Below, piece by piece: positions 18,096 through 27,101 of a stretch of 46,001 bases of DNA. The notes under the pieces were generated by a model, which did no database searches, was not told where the DNA came from, and saw nothing but the letters and a program-made list of their open reading frames with translations. The number at the start of each line of letters is the position of its first letter. Within the stretch, counting starts at the first letter, position 1. This stretch comes from a virus (taxonomy: Duplodnaviria > Caudoviricetes): positions 1 to 46,001 of IMG/VR virus record IMGVR_UViG_3300009436_000036. One strand, given 5' to 3'. A program made the position numbers and the translations under genes.

Positions 18096-20030
18096 ATGGC
18101 TTTTTCCGTAAGTCCTTCCGTTATCGTTCGAGAAGTGGACGCTTCACAGGCAGTACCAGCCATCGCGACTCCACCAGCCGCTATGGCTGGTGTTTTCAGA
18201 TGGGGTCCAACCAATGAGCCGATACTACTTTCATCAGAGAACCAACTCGTAGACCGATTTGGCGCTCCGAATGATGCAACATATGAAACTTTCTTTGTTG
18301 CGGCTGACTTTTTATCTTATTCCAACGCTCTATACGTAGTTCGCGCCGATGATGGCTCCGCAACTGCTGTAGGCGATGACTTGGTTTTAGATGGAAACAA
18401 TGCTGTAATTGAGGCAAGCTCAACATACGGTGCTTTCAAAGCAAAATACCAAGGCGCTCTTGGCAACTCACTTGAAGTTGCATGGGTTTCCTCAACAGGA
18501 TTTAGCAACGATGTCCTTGCGACAGGTGCTATTCCAACTAATAAAATTTCAAATAACCAGATTGATCAAGTAATTTCTTTCAATTCTTCTACTGTATCAT
18601 TTGATGTTGCTAACACACAACAATTGGATGAACTCTCAGCAGGAGACGTTCTAGTAATTGGTAACGAATCTGTTGGTTATCAAGAGTTGAAGGTTGCTAC
18701 ATTCACAGAAACCGTGGGTACTGTTACAGAAGGCTCTGGCAACAGCGCAATCACATACGTTGGGGCTTATGCTTACGACATTACATTCTCAAACAGATAC
18801 ACATTGGCAGAAACTGATCTTAACAAACTTTCTTTGGAGCGCAAGTGGCAACACAATACTAGCTTCTCAAGAAAACCAGATGCAGGTAATGTACACATTG
18901 CTGTTATCGATAAGACAGGCACAATCAGTGGTACTGCGGGCTTCATGCTCGAAAAGTTTGAAAACGTATCTACTACAGCGGGTGCTGTTACACCAGAAGG
19001 TGCTACAAATTATTACTCAACTGTAATTGATAATTTCTCATCTTGGGTTGCTATCGCAAACACAGTGGTAGTAGGTACAGCGGATACTGCAATTTCACGT
19101 TACGAAACGATGACTGGTGGTACAGACGCAACTACTGAAAGTACAGCAACACTAGCACACATTGGTTTTGCGCTAGATACACTGAAAAACTCTAACGAGA
19201 TCGACATTTCCTTCGTCCTACAGGGTAAAGGCGATGATATGGCTACAAGAGCAAACTATATTGTTTCAAATATTTGCGAAACAAGAAAAGATTGTGTGGC
19301 TTTCCTATCTCCATCTAAAGAAGCAGTTGTAGATGAACTTAAAATGAACTCAAAAATGACTAACGTACTTGCGTATCGTAATAAAGTTCAAAACTCATCT
19401 TATTCATTCATGGATAGTGGGTATAAGTATCGCTACGACAAATACAACGATCAATACCGTTGGACACCACTGAATGGTGACATGGCAGGTCTTGCCGCTA
19501 GAGTTGAACCATGGGAATCTCCTGCTGGTTTCAGAAAAGGCGTAATCAAGAATGTTATCAAACTAGCTTTCAACCCAAGCAAGCCACATAGAGATACACT
19601 TTATGGTTCAGATGTGAACCCTGTTATCTCACAAACTGGTCAAGGCATCGTACTATTCGGTGACAAAACTGGTCTAGGGTTGCCTTCAGCATTCGATAGA
19701 TTGAATGTTCGTAGACTGTTTATCGCAGTTGAGAAAGCAATCGCAACAGCGGCTGAAAGCTTCTTGTTTGAACTTAACGATGATTTTACTCAAACACAGT
19801 TTAAAAACATTGTTGATCCATTTTTACGTGACATTCAAGGACGTCGTGGTATTATTGATTTCAGAGTTATCTCTGATAGTACAGTCAATACTCCTGAGGT
19901 TGTTGACCAAAACAAATTCCGTGCAAGCATCTTTATCAAACCAGCACGTTCTATTAACGTCATTGAATTGACATTCGTAGCAACACGCAGTGGTATTGAG
20001 TTTGACGAAATTGTTGGTCAGATATCGTAA
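18096..20030 (+). CDS. gp18: Tail sheath protein gp18
   Basis: SPSVIVREVD..FRWGP..SPAGFRKG..FDRLNVRRLF..IKPARSIN. Confidence 0.96.
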   Translation: MAFSVSPSVIVREVDASQAVPAIATPPAAMAGVFRWGPTNEPILLSSENQLVDRFGAPNDATYETFFVAADFLSYSNALYVVRADDGSATAVGDDLVLDGNNAVIEASSTYGAFKAKYQGALGNSLEVAWVSSTGFSNDVLATGAIPTNKISNNQIDQVISFNSSTVSFDVANTQQLDELSAGDVLVIGNESVGYQELKVATFTETVGTVTEGSGNSAITYVGAYAYDITFSNRYTLAETDLNKLSLERKWQHNTSFSRKPDAGNVHIAVIDKTGTISGTAGFMLEKFENVSTTAGAVTPEGATNYYSTVIDNFSSWVAIANTVVVGTADTAISRYETMTGGTDATTESTATLAHIGFALDTLKNSNEIDISFVLQGKGDDMATRANYIVSNICETRKDCVAFLSPSKEAVVDELKMNSKMTNVLAYRNKVQNSSYSFMDSGYKYRYDKYNDQYRWTPLNGDMAGLAARVEPWESPAGFRKGVIKNVIKLAFNPSKPHRDTLYGSDVNPVISQTGQGIVLFGDKTGLGLPSAFDRLNVRRLFIAVEKAIATAAESFLFELNDDFTQTQFKNIVDPFLRDIQGRRGIIDFRVISDSTVNTPEVVDQNKFRASIFIKPARSINVIELTFVATRSGIEFDEIVGQIS

Positions 20031-20061
20031 CTAAATAAGAATAGATAAAGGAGAAAAGAGA

Positions 20062-20595
20062 ATGGCATTTAATATCAACCAGTTCAAATCAGAACTCGTC
20101 GGTGGCGGTGCGCGTCCAACTCTGTTCCAATGTCAGATCACTAACCCAATTGCCCCAGAAGCAGACATTAAAGTACCGTTTATGATACGCGCTGCTGGTA
20201 TTCCAGAGTCTACTCTAGGGCAATTTACGGTTCCATACTTTGGTCGTCAGATCAAGTATGCAGGTGATAGAACATTCGCAGACTGGACTGTAACCGTAAT
20301 CAACGACGAAGACTTTGCTATCCGTAACGCAATGGAAGCTTGGTCTAACGCAATCAACTCGCATGACTCTAACTCAAGAGCCTTGCCACAAGACTATAAA
20401 TCGACAGGTCAGATTACCCAGTTTAGTAAAGATGGGTCAATTCTGAGAACATATATATTTGAGGGGATGTTCCCCATCGGTATCGATGGAATTCAAATGG
20501 ATTGGTCACAGACTGATGCAATTGAAGAATTTGGTGTTACATTCCAATACGACCTATGGCGTGTTGAAGGTAATACTGGCGTACCGACTACATAA
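20062..20595 (+). CDS. gp19: Tail tube protein gp19
   Basis: GGARPTLF..VPYFGRQIKYAGDRTFADWTVTVINDEDF. Confidence 0.96.
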   Translation: MAFNINQFKSELVGGGARPTLFQCQITNPIAPEADIKVPFMIRAAGIPESTLGQFTVPYFGRQIKYAGDRTFADWTVTVINDEDFAIRNAMEAWSNAINSHDSNSRALPQDYKSTGQITQFSKDGSILRTYIFEGMFPIGIDGIQMDWSQTDAIEEFGVTFQYDLWRVEGNTGVPTT

Positions 20596-20618
20596 ATTTA
20601 AAATGAGAAAGTGATGAT

Positions 20619-22181
20619 ATGAAGATATTTGGATTCGATATCAAAAGAGAAAGCGATGAGGATGGTTTTGTGCCATCCTCATTTGCTGAACCGTCTAATG
20701 ATGACGGTGCTATTACCGTTGGTAATGCAATGGGTGGCTTCTACAGTACCCTATTGGATATGGAAGGTTCTGCCAAGACAGAATCAGAATTAGTTACAAA
20801 ATATAGGGGTCTGGCACAACAACCAGAAATTGCCCAAGCCGTTGATGAAATTATCAACGAAGCCATTAGTATTGATACTGATGATAAAGTTGTTGAGGTA
20901 ATCCTTGACGATACGAACATGCCTGATAAGGTAAAGAATAAAGTTATTGAAGAATTTGAGAACGTACTATCGCTTCTCGATTTCTCTAACAATGGATATG
21001 ATACTTTTAGTAAGTTCTATGTAGATGGAAGAATTAACTACCACGTAATTATCGACAACGAAAACTTGAAAGAAGGTATCCGTGAGCTACGTTACGTTGA
21101 TCCTCGCAAACTCAAGCTTATTCGTGAAGTAGACAAAAAAGAAAAAGACCCACATAGTGGAATTCCTGTTAAGAAGGTCAAGAATGAATACTATATGTAT
21201 TCTGAAAGTGGCTTTGCCCAAAGTGCATCTGGTGCGCAAGGTGGTACACAGGGTTTCAAAATCGCAAAAGACTCTATCGCTAGAGTTACATCAGGAATGA
21301 TGACTGAAAACAACTCTTTGGTGTTGTCTTTCTTGCACCCATCAATCAAACCACTCAATCAGTTAAGGATGCTTGAAGATGCGACAGTCATTTATACTCT
21401 TACACGCGCTCCTGAGAGACGAATTTTTTACATTGACGTTGGTAACTTACCTAAATCGAAAGCTGAGCAGTATCTAAGAGATATGATGACTCGCCACAAG
21501 AACAAGTTGCAGTACGACTCTTCTACAGGTGAAATCAGCGATGCTCGTAAGATGATGACAATGACAGAAGATTTCTGGTTCCCACGCCGTGGTGGTGAGA
21601 GATCGACTGAAGTTGATACAATGCCAGGTGGTAATGCACAAGCATTGAGTTCAGATGAGAATATGCTATACTTCCAACGTAAGTTATATAAATCTCTTAA
21701 GGTTCCGTTGTCAAGACTTGAGCCTGAGACTATGGCTTCATTTGGACGTGTTTCTGAAATTACTCGTGACGAATTGAAGTTTAGTAAATTTGTAAGACGT
21801 TTGAGAAGTCGTTTTTCTTCACTGTTCACACAGATTTTGGAGAAGCAATTGGTACTCAAGGGTATCATGACACCAGAAGAATTTGCAGAAATCAAAAATA
21901 CTGTTCGTTATGACTTCGTACAAGACAACTACTTTACAGAGTTGAAAGAAGCTGAAATCGCAAGAGAAAGACTTACTACTTTGCGTGAAGTTGAAGAACA
22001 TGTTGGTACATACTACTCAAGAGAGTGGGTACTACGTAATGTGCTTCGTATGTCTGATGAAGAAATGAAAGAAATGAAAGAACAAATCGAACAAGAGGCT
22101 AAAGATGCGCCAACTGAAGATGATGAGGATCAAGCCCCTCAACAGCAAGAAGCGCCACCTCAAGAAGATGAACAAGAATAA
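20619..22181 (+). CDS. gp20: Portal protein gp20
   Basis: RAPERRIFYIDVGNLPK.KAEQYL..EDFWFPRRGG..EITRDELKF. Confidence 0.96.
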   Translation: MKIFGFDIKRESDEDGFVPSSFAEPSNDDGAITVGNAMGGFYSTLLDMEGSAKTESELVTKYRGLAQQPEIAQAVDEIINEAISIDTDDKVVEVILDDTNMPDKVKNKVIEEFENVLSLLDFSNNGYDTFSKFYVDGRINYHVIIDNENLKEGIRELRYVDPRKLKLIREVDKKEKDPHSGIPVKKVKNEYYMYSESGFAQSASGAQGGTQGFKIAKDSIARVTSGMMTENNSLVLSFLHPSIKPLNQLRMLEDATVIYTLTRAPERRIFYIDVGNLPKSKAEQYLRDMMTRHKNKLQYDSSTGEISDARKMMTMTEDFWFPRRGGERSTEVDTMPGGNAQALSSDENMLYFQRKLYKSLKVPLSRLEPETMASFGRVSEITRDELKFSKFVRRLRSRFSSLFTQILEKQLVLKGIMTPEEFAEIKNTVRYDFVQDNYFTELKEAEIARERLTTLREVEEHVGTYYSREWVLRNVLRMSDEEMKEMKEQIEQEAKDAPTEDDEDQAPQQQEAPPQEDEQE

Positions 22182-22213
22182 AGTTTAACTCAAGGGTTAA
22201 ATTTACATAAATA
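22181..22213 (+). promoter_or_regulatory. Short hairpin followed by late-promoter variant
   Basis: TTTAAC-TCAAGG-GTTAAA hairpin, then CATAAATA at 22206-22213. Confidence 0.5.
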
Positions 22214-22242
22214 ATACTAAAGAATCCAGTAGGAGAACAGAA

Positions 22243-23454
22243 ATGAAGTCCTTTAGACAAATTTTAGGTGAGGTTGCACAGCCAAAGCCAGAAGAAGAAC
22301 GTGCTTTTAAAGACATGCACTCATACGAGACTATGCCACATCCAGTGGCTCTTGACCATCAGTTTACTGGTGCAATTGGTGCTGACGATCTTCCAAGAGA
22401 AAAGGCAAAAAGAATTGCTGATCAAGAAGGTGACGCTAATTACGACACTTCCTATGATGATGCATTCGAATATGCAGGACCTTCTTTTGACGAATCTGTC
22501 GAACTTGATGAAGCAGAAGACCTACAGGAATTATCTATTGGAACACTCTCAAAATACGTTCAGAAAAAAGTTGGCAAAAACGCAAGAGCTAGTGAAGCTT
22601 TAAAAGCTATGTACGCCCTTTCCAAAGTACCAGCATTTAATAAACTTAATAAAGCCGACAAAGACGCCGCGATGAAGGTGATCAAAGACCAAGAAGCTAT
22701 GGTAAAGAAATCTGAAAAGGGTATCGATTTAGCCAAATTAAAAGCTACGGCAAAGGCTGACGCCATGGGTATTGATATTGTTTTTGGTAAAGATGGCAAA
22801 TCAATGGCTAGATCAAAGATCAGAGAACAAGCAGACCAAGCTATTGTGAATAGACTTTCAGAAGGTTCAGCAATGGCTAAATCAGCGGCATTGTCAAAAG
22901 CATCTGCGACTTCTAAAAGTGGTAAAGCTAAAGTATCATTGAAGAAAGCTCCTTGGGACAAGAATGAAGAAGTCGAACTTGATGAAGCATCTGCATCTGT
23001 CTACAAAGACATGCCAAAAGCGCCAGGAAAAATGATTTCTAATAGAGTGCAAGTAAAAGCATTTAAAGATGTAAATGCAATGGGTGCGTTCCTTAGTAAA
23101 CAAAATGACAACTCTTGGCAAGATACTGGTGTTTCTGGTTTGAAATCAGGCAAATACAAAATTGATATGGTAAAAAAAGGCGGCAAGCCATCTAAAAACT
23201 TTATCAAGGTAAACGAAGAAGTCGAACTTGATGAAGGCTTTTCTGATAAAGATATCGCTAAGTTGAAAAAAGCATATGCAAGTATGCCTGATCGTGTTCC
23301 TATGGACATGGCGCAGAAAATGGGTGCAATGTTGAAGAAGCGTAGCAAAGAAGAGTTGATTGCAATCGCTCGTGCTGACATCAAATGGCTTTCAACAACA
23401 GCGGCTACTAACCTAATCATGCAAGGTGTTAAAGCCTCAGAGATTAATGGGTAA
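22243..23454 (+). CDS. Modular prohead core/internal protein 1 with VELDE repeats
   Basis: Lies between gp20 and gp21; N-terminal MKSFRQILGE; three VELDE motifs separate Lys/Ala-rich segments. Confidence 0.7.
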   Translation: MKSFRQILGEVAQPKPEEERAFKDMHSYETMPHPVALDHQFTGAIGADDLPREKAKRIADQEGDANYDTSYDDAFEYAGPSFDESVELDEAEDLQELSIGTLSKYVQKKVGKNARASEALKAMYALSKVPAFNKLNKADKDAAMKVIKDQEAMVKKSEKGIDLAKLKATAKADAMGIDIVFGKDGKSMARSKIREQADQAIVNRLSEGSAMAKSAALSKASATSKSGKAKVSLKKAPWDKNEEVELDEASASVYKDMPKAPGKMISNRVQVKAFKDVNAMGAFLSKQNDNSWQDTGVSGLKSGKYKIDMVKKGGKPSKNFIKVNEEVELDEGFSDKDIAKLKKAYASMPDRVPMDMAQKMGAMLKKRSKEELIAIARADIKWLSTTAATNLIMQGVKASEING

Positions 23455-24706
23455 AATGATATGAAAACGTTTAAGCAAATTGTAGAAAATATTGTAGTCC
23501 TTGATGAAGCAGTCATGGATCAAAAGATGTGGGATCAAACTAAGAAGGGTGATAAACTCACTATTAGTTATGACTCAGGCATCAAAAAAGGCAACAAGAC
23601 TACATTTGTTGTAGGAACGAAAAATATTGTTGGTAAAGCTAGAGTTGGCAAGATCACAATGAAAAGAGAAGATGGCAAGGGCGGTAAGTTCTTCCTATAC
23701 AACCGTAATGGTAACATCTCTTTAGCGTTGGGTGACATGGCGGCTTCTATGACTGGTCTAGTTAAAGAATCTGTAGAAGTAGAACTTGATGAACGCAACT
23801 ATGCTAAAGAGTATGCAAACTACCATAGCAAACCAGAGCAAATTGCAAACCGTTCTTCAAGAAACAAAGCACGTAGAATTATGGCTAAAGAGAATGATGT
23901 TGACGGTATGGATGTTGGACATGCGGATAATAACCCATTGAACAATGATCCTGCAAACTTACGTATCGAAAATCCAAGTGATAATCGTCGTGAGCCACGT
24001 ATGCGCAACGAAGGTAAGAATGACAAATACCCTCTTTACCACAAAGATTTCTCAGGTGCTATGAAGACAGCATACGATCACGCTAAGAAAAATCTTGGTG
24101 TAATTGTTGATCCATCAGAGATTGATGACAAGGTTGCAATGGGACCTAAAAAGCCAAGCACAGGTAAGACAAACTCTTATCGTTTGACAGACAAAAGCGG
24201 TAAGAAAGCTATCCAAGTACAGGTATACAACACTGGCAAAAGCTATGAGTTGAACATGTATAAAGAAGACTTGGATGAGGCTGTTGAACTTGATGAAGCT
24301 TCTAAAACTTTGCAAGCAATGATGAAAATAGTTGACCAAAAGCAAGCGGCAAAGATTGACGGTGTTATGGTTGACATGTTCACAGCTTCTGCTGTCACAC
24401 AGATTTACAACAAAGTAAATGACGCCAATAAAGCAAAACTAGATAAGATGAAAGCAACTCAACTTGCAAACGTTGCAATGAAACTAATGAAAAAAGAAGA
24501 CGTTCAGCTTGATGAAGCACCTCGTAGAAAAGGCGCACCAAAGATAAAGCCTGACTTCCTTAAAGTTCAACGTGCAAAAGACGCTGAACATAATGCGGCT
24601 ATGGGACGCACCAAGACTGGGCGTAAGAAACCAGTACGCACAATGACTTCTACACAAAAATCTTTGGCTTCAATGCGCAGAGAATGTGCTGAAGTTCTTG
24701 ATGAAA
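22498..24706 (+). repeat. Dispersed CTTGATGAA (LDE) repeat, 8 copies
   Basis: Copies near 22498, 22966, 23215, 23500, 23776, 24283, 24502, 24691; GAAGAAGTCGAACTTGATGAAG is identical at 22966-22987 and 23215-23236. Confidence 0.85.
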
Positions 24707-25062
24707 AAGAATACGATCCATATGCTAAGTCTACAAAGAGAGCAGTTCAACATGCTAACGCAAACAAAAAAGTTGCCAAAGCTAGAAATGATGCTGTCAA
24801 AACTTCAAGAGAAGTAAAAAGCAAAAGAGACTTGGCGGCTTCTTATGAAGAAGTACAACACATCCAAGAAGCATTCAAAGCTGGTGGTCTTAAGTTAAAA
24901 GATGGCAAGCAAGTAATGGTCAAAAAAGACGATGCTACGATGTTGAATGATCTTATGAAGCAACTTAGTAAGCCTAACGTCAAGAAGATGACTGACACTG
25001 CTATGAAGAATAAAAAAGGTTATGCTGAAATTCTTGGGTTCGCTAGGGATAGTCACGAGTAA
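23461..25062 (+). CDS. Modular prohead core/internal protein 2 with LDE repeats and an HNH-like module
   Basis: N-terminal MKTFKQIVE; VLDE, VELDE, DLDEAVELDE, VQLDE, VLDE, IQE junctions; DVGH.DNNPLNN...NLR..N segment. Confidence 0.7.
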   Translation: MKTFKQIVENIVVLDEAVMDQKMWDQTKKGDKLTISYDSGIKKGNKTTFVVGTKNIVGKARVGKITMKREDGKGGKFFLYNRNGNISLALGDMAASMTGLVKESVEVELDERNYAKEYANYHSKPEQIANRSSRNKARRIMAKENDVDGMDVGHADNNPLNNDPANLRIENPSDNRREPRMRNEGKNDKYPLYHKDFSGAMKTAYDHAKKNLGVIVDPSEIDDKVAMGPKKPSTGKTNSYRLTDKSGKKAIQVQVYNTGKSYELNMYKEDLDEAVELDEASKTLQAMMKIVDQKQAAKIDGVMVDMFTASAVTQIYNKVNDANKAKLDKMKATQLANVAMKLMKKEDVQLDEAPRRKGAPKIKPDFLKVQRAKDAEHNAAMGRTKTGRKKPVRTMTSTQKSLASMRRECAEVLDEKEYDPYAKSTKRAVQHANANKKVAKARNDAVKTSREVKSKRDLAASYEEVQHIQEAFKAGGLKLKDGKQVMVKKDDATMLNDLMKQLSKPNVKKMTDTAMKNKKGYAEILGFARDSHE

Positions 25063-25304
25063 TGGCTTGGGTAGATGTCCTTGGGTCTGAAAATGCGGCT
25101 AATACCTGTATTTGGGAATATGACAATGCCGCTCTTGCGGCTGATACATACGCAGATGCTAATGGCACGACTGCTGCTGGGGTGAGAACATTCACACCTC
25201 CAAACGGTGGAAATGTTCAATTGACGTATGTTAAGGTTCGAAAGAAAGGTTCAACCACAGAACGTGGTGAATTATCTAAGAATTATTATGACGCAAAGAT
25301 ATAA
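25062..25304 (+). CDS. Small hypothetical late protein
   Basis: TAATG coupling to the upstream gene; MAWVDV..IWEYDN. Confidence 0.65.
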   Translation: MAWVDVLGSENAANTCIWEYDNAALAADTYADANGTTAAGVRTFTPPNGGNVQLTYVKVRKKGSTTERGELSKNYYDAKI

Positions 25305-25307
25305 ATA
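25300..25307 (+). promoter_or_regulatory. T4 late promoter
   Basis: TATAAATA upstream of gp21. Confidence 0.75.
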
Positions 25308-25328
25308 AGTTTTTAAGGGAATAGAAAT

Positions 25329-26018
25329 ATGAGATTAATTACAGAAGTAGTAGAGGATTGCAACGTAGCAACCGAAATTAACGAAGAAACAGGAAAGAAA
25401 TCCTATTTCGTTGAAGGTATCTTCATGCAAGGTGATATTAAAAACCGTAATGGTCGTATCTATCCTGCACAGATACTTGAGAGCGAAATGGTACGTTACA
25501 ATAAAGACTTTATTGATACCAAACGTGCCTTGGGCGAACTTGGTCATCCAGATGGTCCGACCATCAATGGTGATCGCGTCTCTCACTTAATTACCGACAT
25601 GAAACGTGAAGGTTCAAACTTCATTGGTAAAGCCAAAATTCTTGGTACTCCAATGGGCGAAATCGTCAAAACTTTCATGGATGAGGGTGTCACAATTGGT
25701 GTGTCTACTCGTGGTTTGGGTTCAGTTAAACCAACAAAAGATGGGATTATGGAAGTACAAAATGATTTCCACCTTGCAACGGTTGACATTGTAACAGACC
25801 CATCAGGTCCGAATTGTTTTGTTAATGGCATCATGGAAAACGCTGAATATTATTTTGACATTGCTTCTGGCAATTGGATAGCGCAAGCACCTATTGAACA
25901 AGTAATTGAAGAAATACAGGAAGTGGTAGAGAAGCAAATAAGTCGTGTTGTTCGTCGTGTTGACGAAGCTACAGCCAAACAACTGTTTGAGCGATTTGTT
26001 CAGTCTCTGAAAAAATGA
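25329..26018 (+). CDS. gp21: Prohead protease gp21
   Basis: EGIFMQ..KNRNGRIYP..ALGELGHP..GVSTRGLGS..DIVTDPS. Confidence 0.96.
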   Translation: MRLITEVVEDCNVATEINEETGKKSYFVEGIFMQGDIKNRNGRIYPAQILESEMVRYNKDFIDTKRALGELGHPDGPTINGDRVSHLITDMKREGSNFIGKAKILGTPMGEIVKTFMDEGVTIGVSTRGLGSVKPTKDGIMEVQNDFHLATVDIVTDPSGPNCFVNGIMENAEYYFDIASGNWIAQAPIEQVIEEIQEVVEKQISRVVRRVDEATAKQLFERFVQSLKK

Positions 26019-26031
26019 AAAGTAACAAAAT

Positions 26032-26039
26032 TATAAATA
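26032..26039 (+). promoter_or_regulatory. T4 late promoter
   Basis: TATAAATA upstream of gp22. Confidence 0.75.
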
Positions 26040-26076
26040 ATACTAATATAAGTATCCAAATAAAGGAGTAGAACAT

Positions 26077-27036
26077 ATGTCTCACGACCTAGAAGAAAAG
26101 TTCGTTTCTGACGATGGGGTTTCAACTGTTGAAGACCCAACGACACCAGAAGGCGGCGCAATTAAAAAGAAGAAAGCAGACGTAGCTAAAAAAGTCGATC
26201 CAAAGGCTGAAAAAGTTGCACCTGCACCAGTAGCAGAAGAAGCAGTTGAAGATGAAGCTGTAGAAGTTGTTGCGGAAGAAGTTATCGAATATGAAGCTGG
26301 CATTGCGGCTATGTTTGAAGGCATGGATTTGTCTGAAGACTTTACAAGCAAAGTTACTGTAGTATTTGAAGCGGCTGTAAACGAAGCATCTATCAAAAGA
26401 TCAGACGCTATCATTGCAGAAAAAACAGAGGCTCTTGCAGTATCAATGAAAGAAGCATCTGACGCATCAATCGATAACGTTGTAGAAAATCTTGATTCAT
26501 ATCTCGACTACGTTGTAGAAGAGTGGATGAAAGAAAATGAATTGGCAATCGAAGCTGGTATTAAAGTAGAGATGGCTGAATCGTTAATGGACGGACTTGC
26601 AACATTGTTTGAAGAGCATAACATCGAAATCAACGAAGATACTGTTGACGTAGTAAAAGGCTTGGAAGAAGAAGTTGAAGGTCTTAAAGCTGATGCAAAC
26701 AAAGCAATCACTGAAAACGTAACTCTTGCAAAAGAGATCGCTTCATTGAAAGCTGACGCGGCATTTGAAGAAATGACTGAGGGTCTTACACTTACACAAG
26801 TTGAGCGCCTAAAGGTTCTTTCAGAAAAACTAGCCTTCGATGATATCGAAGCTTACAAATCTGATCTTACAACACTAAAAGAATCTTTCTTTGCAAAAAG
26901 CAAGCCTTTGGTAGAAGAAGTAGCAGACGAAGAAGAAATCATTGTTGAAGATACAGCCGTTAAACAGCCAGTATCTGAATACAGCAATATCAACGCACTT
27001 CTTGAAGGCTTCAACAGGATGCCATCAAACTCTTAA
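26077..27036 (+). CDS. gp22: Prohead scaffold protein gp22
   Basis: Acidic coiled coil, LSEDF..VFEAAV..LDSYLDYVVEEWMKENELAIE.G. Confidence 0.93.
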   Translation: MSHDLEEKFVSDDGVSTVEDPTTPEGGAIKKKKADVAKKVDPKAEKVAPAPVAEEAVEDEAVEVVAEEVIEYEAGIAAMFEGMDLSEDFTSKVTVVFEAAVNEASIKRSDAIIAEKTEALAVSMKEASDASIDNVVENLDSYLDYVVEEWMKENELAIEAGIKVEMAESLMDGLATLFEEHNIEINEDTVDVVKGLEEEVEGLKADANKAITENVTLAKEIASLKADAAFEEMTEGLTLTQVERLKVLSEKLAFDDIEAYKSDLTTLKESFFAKSKPLVEEVADEEEIIVEDTAVKQPVSEYSNINALLEGFNRMPSNS

Positions 27037-27058
27037 CCCCAGATGAAAATCTAATTAT

Positions 27059-27066
27059 TATAAATA
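27059..27066 (+). promoter_or_regulatory. T4 late promoter
   Basis: TATAAATA upstream of gp23. Confidence 0.78.
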
Positions 27067-27101
27067 AACTCAGGTAAATACAAACAAGGAGATAGAATCA
27101 T

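Noticed and set aside
22498-24706. Regularly recurring repeat as a CRISPR array
   Set aside because: The conserved core is only 9-22 nt, spacing is irregular and mostly over 180 bp, all copies are in frame within ORFs, and no cas operon is present.
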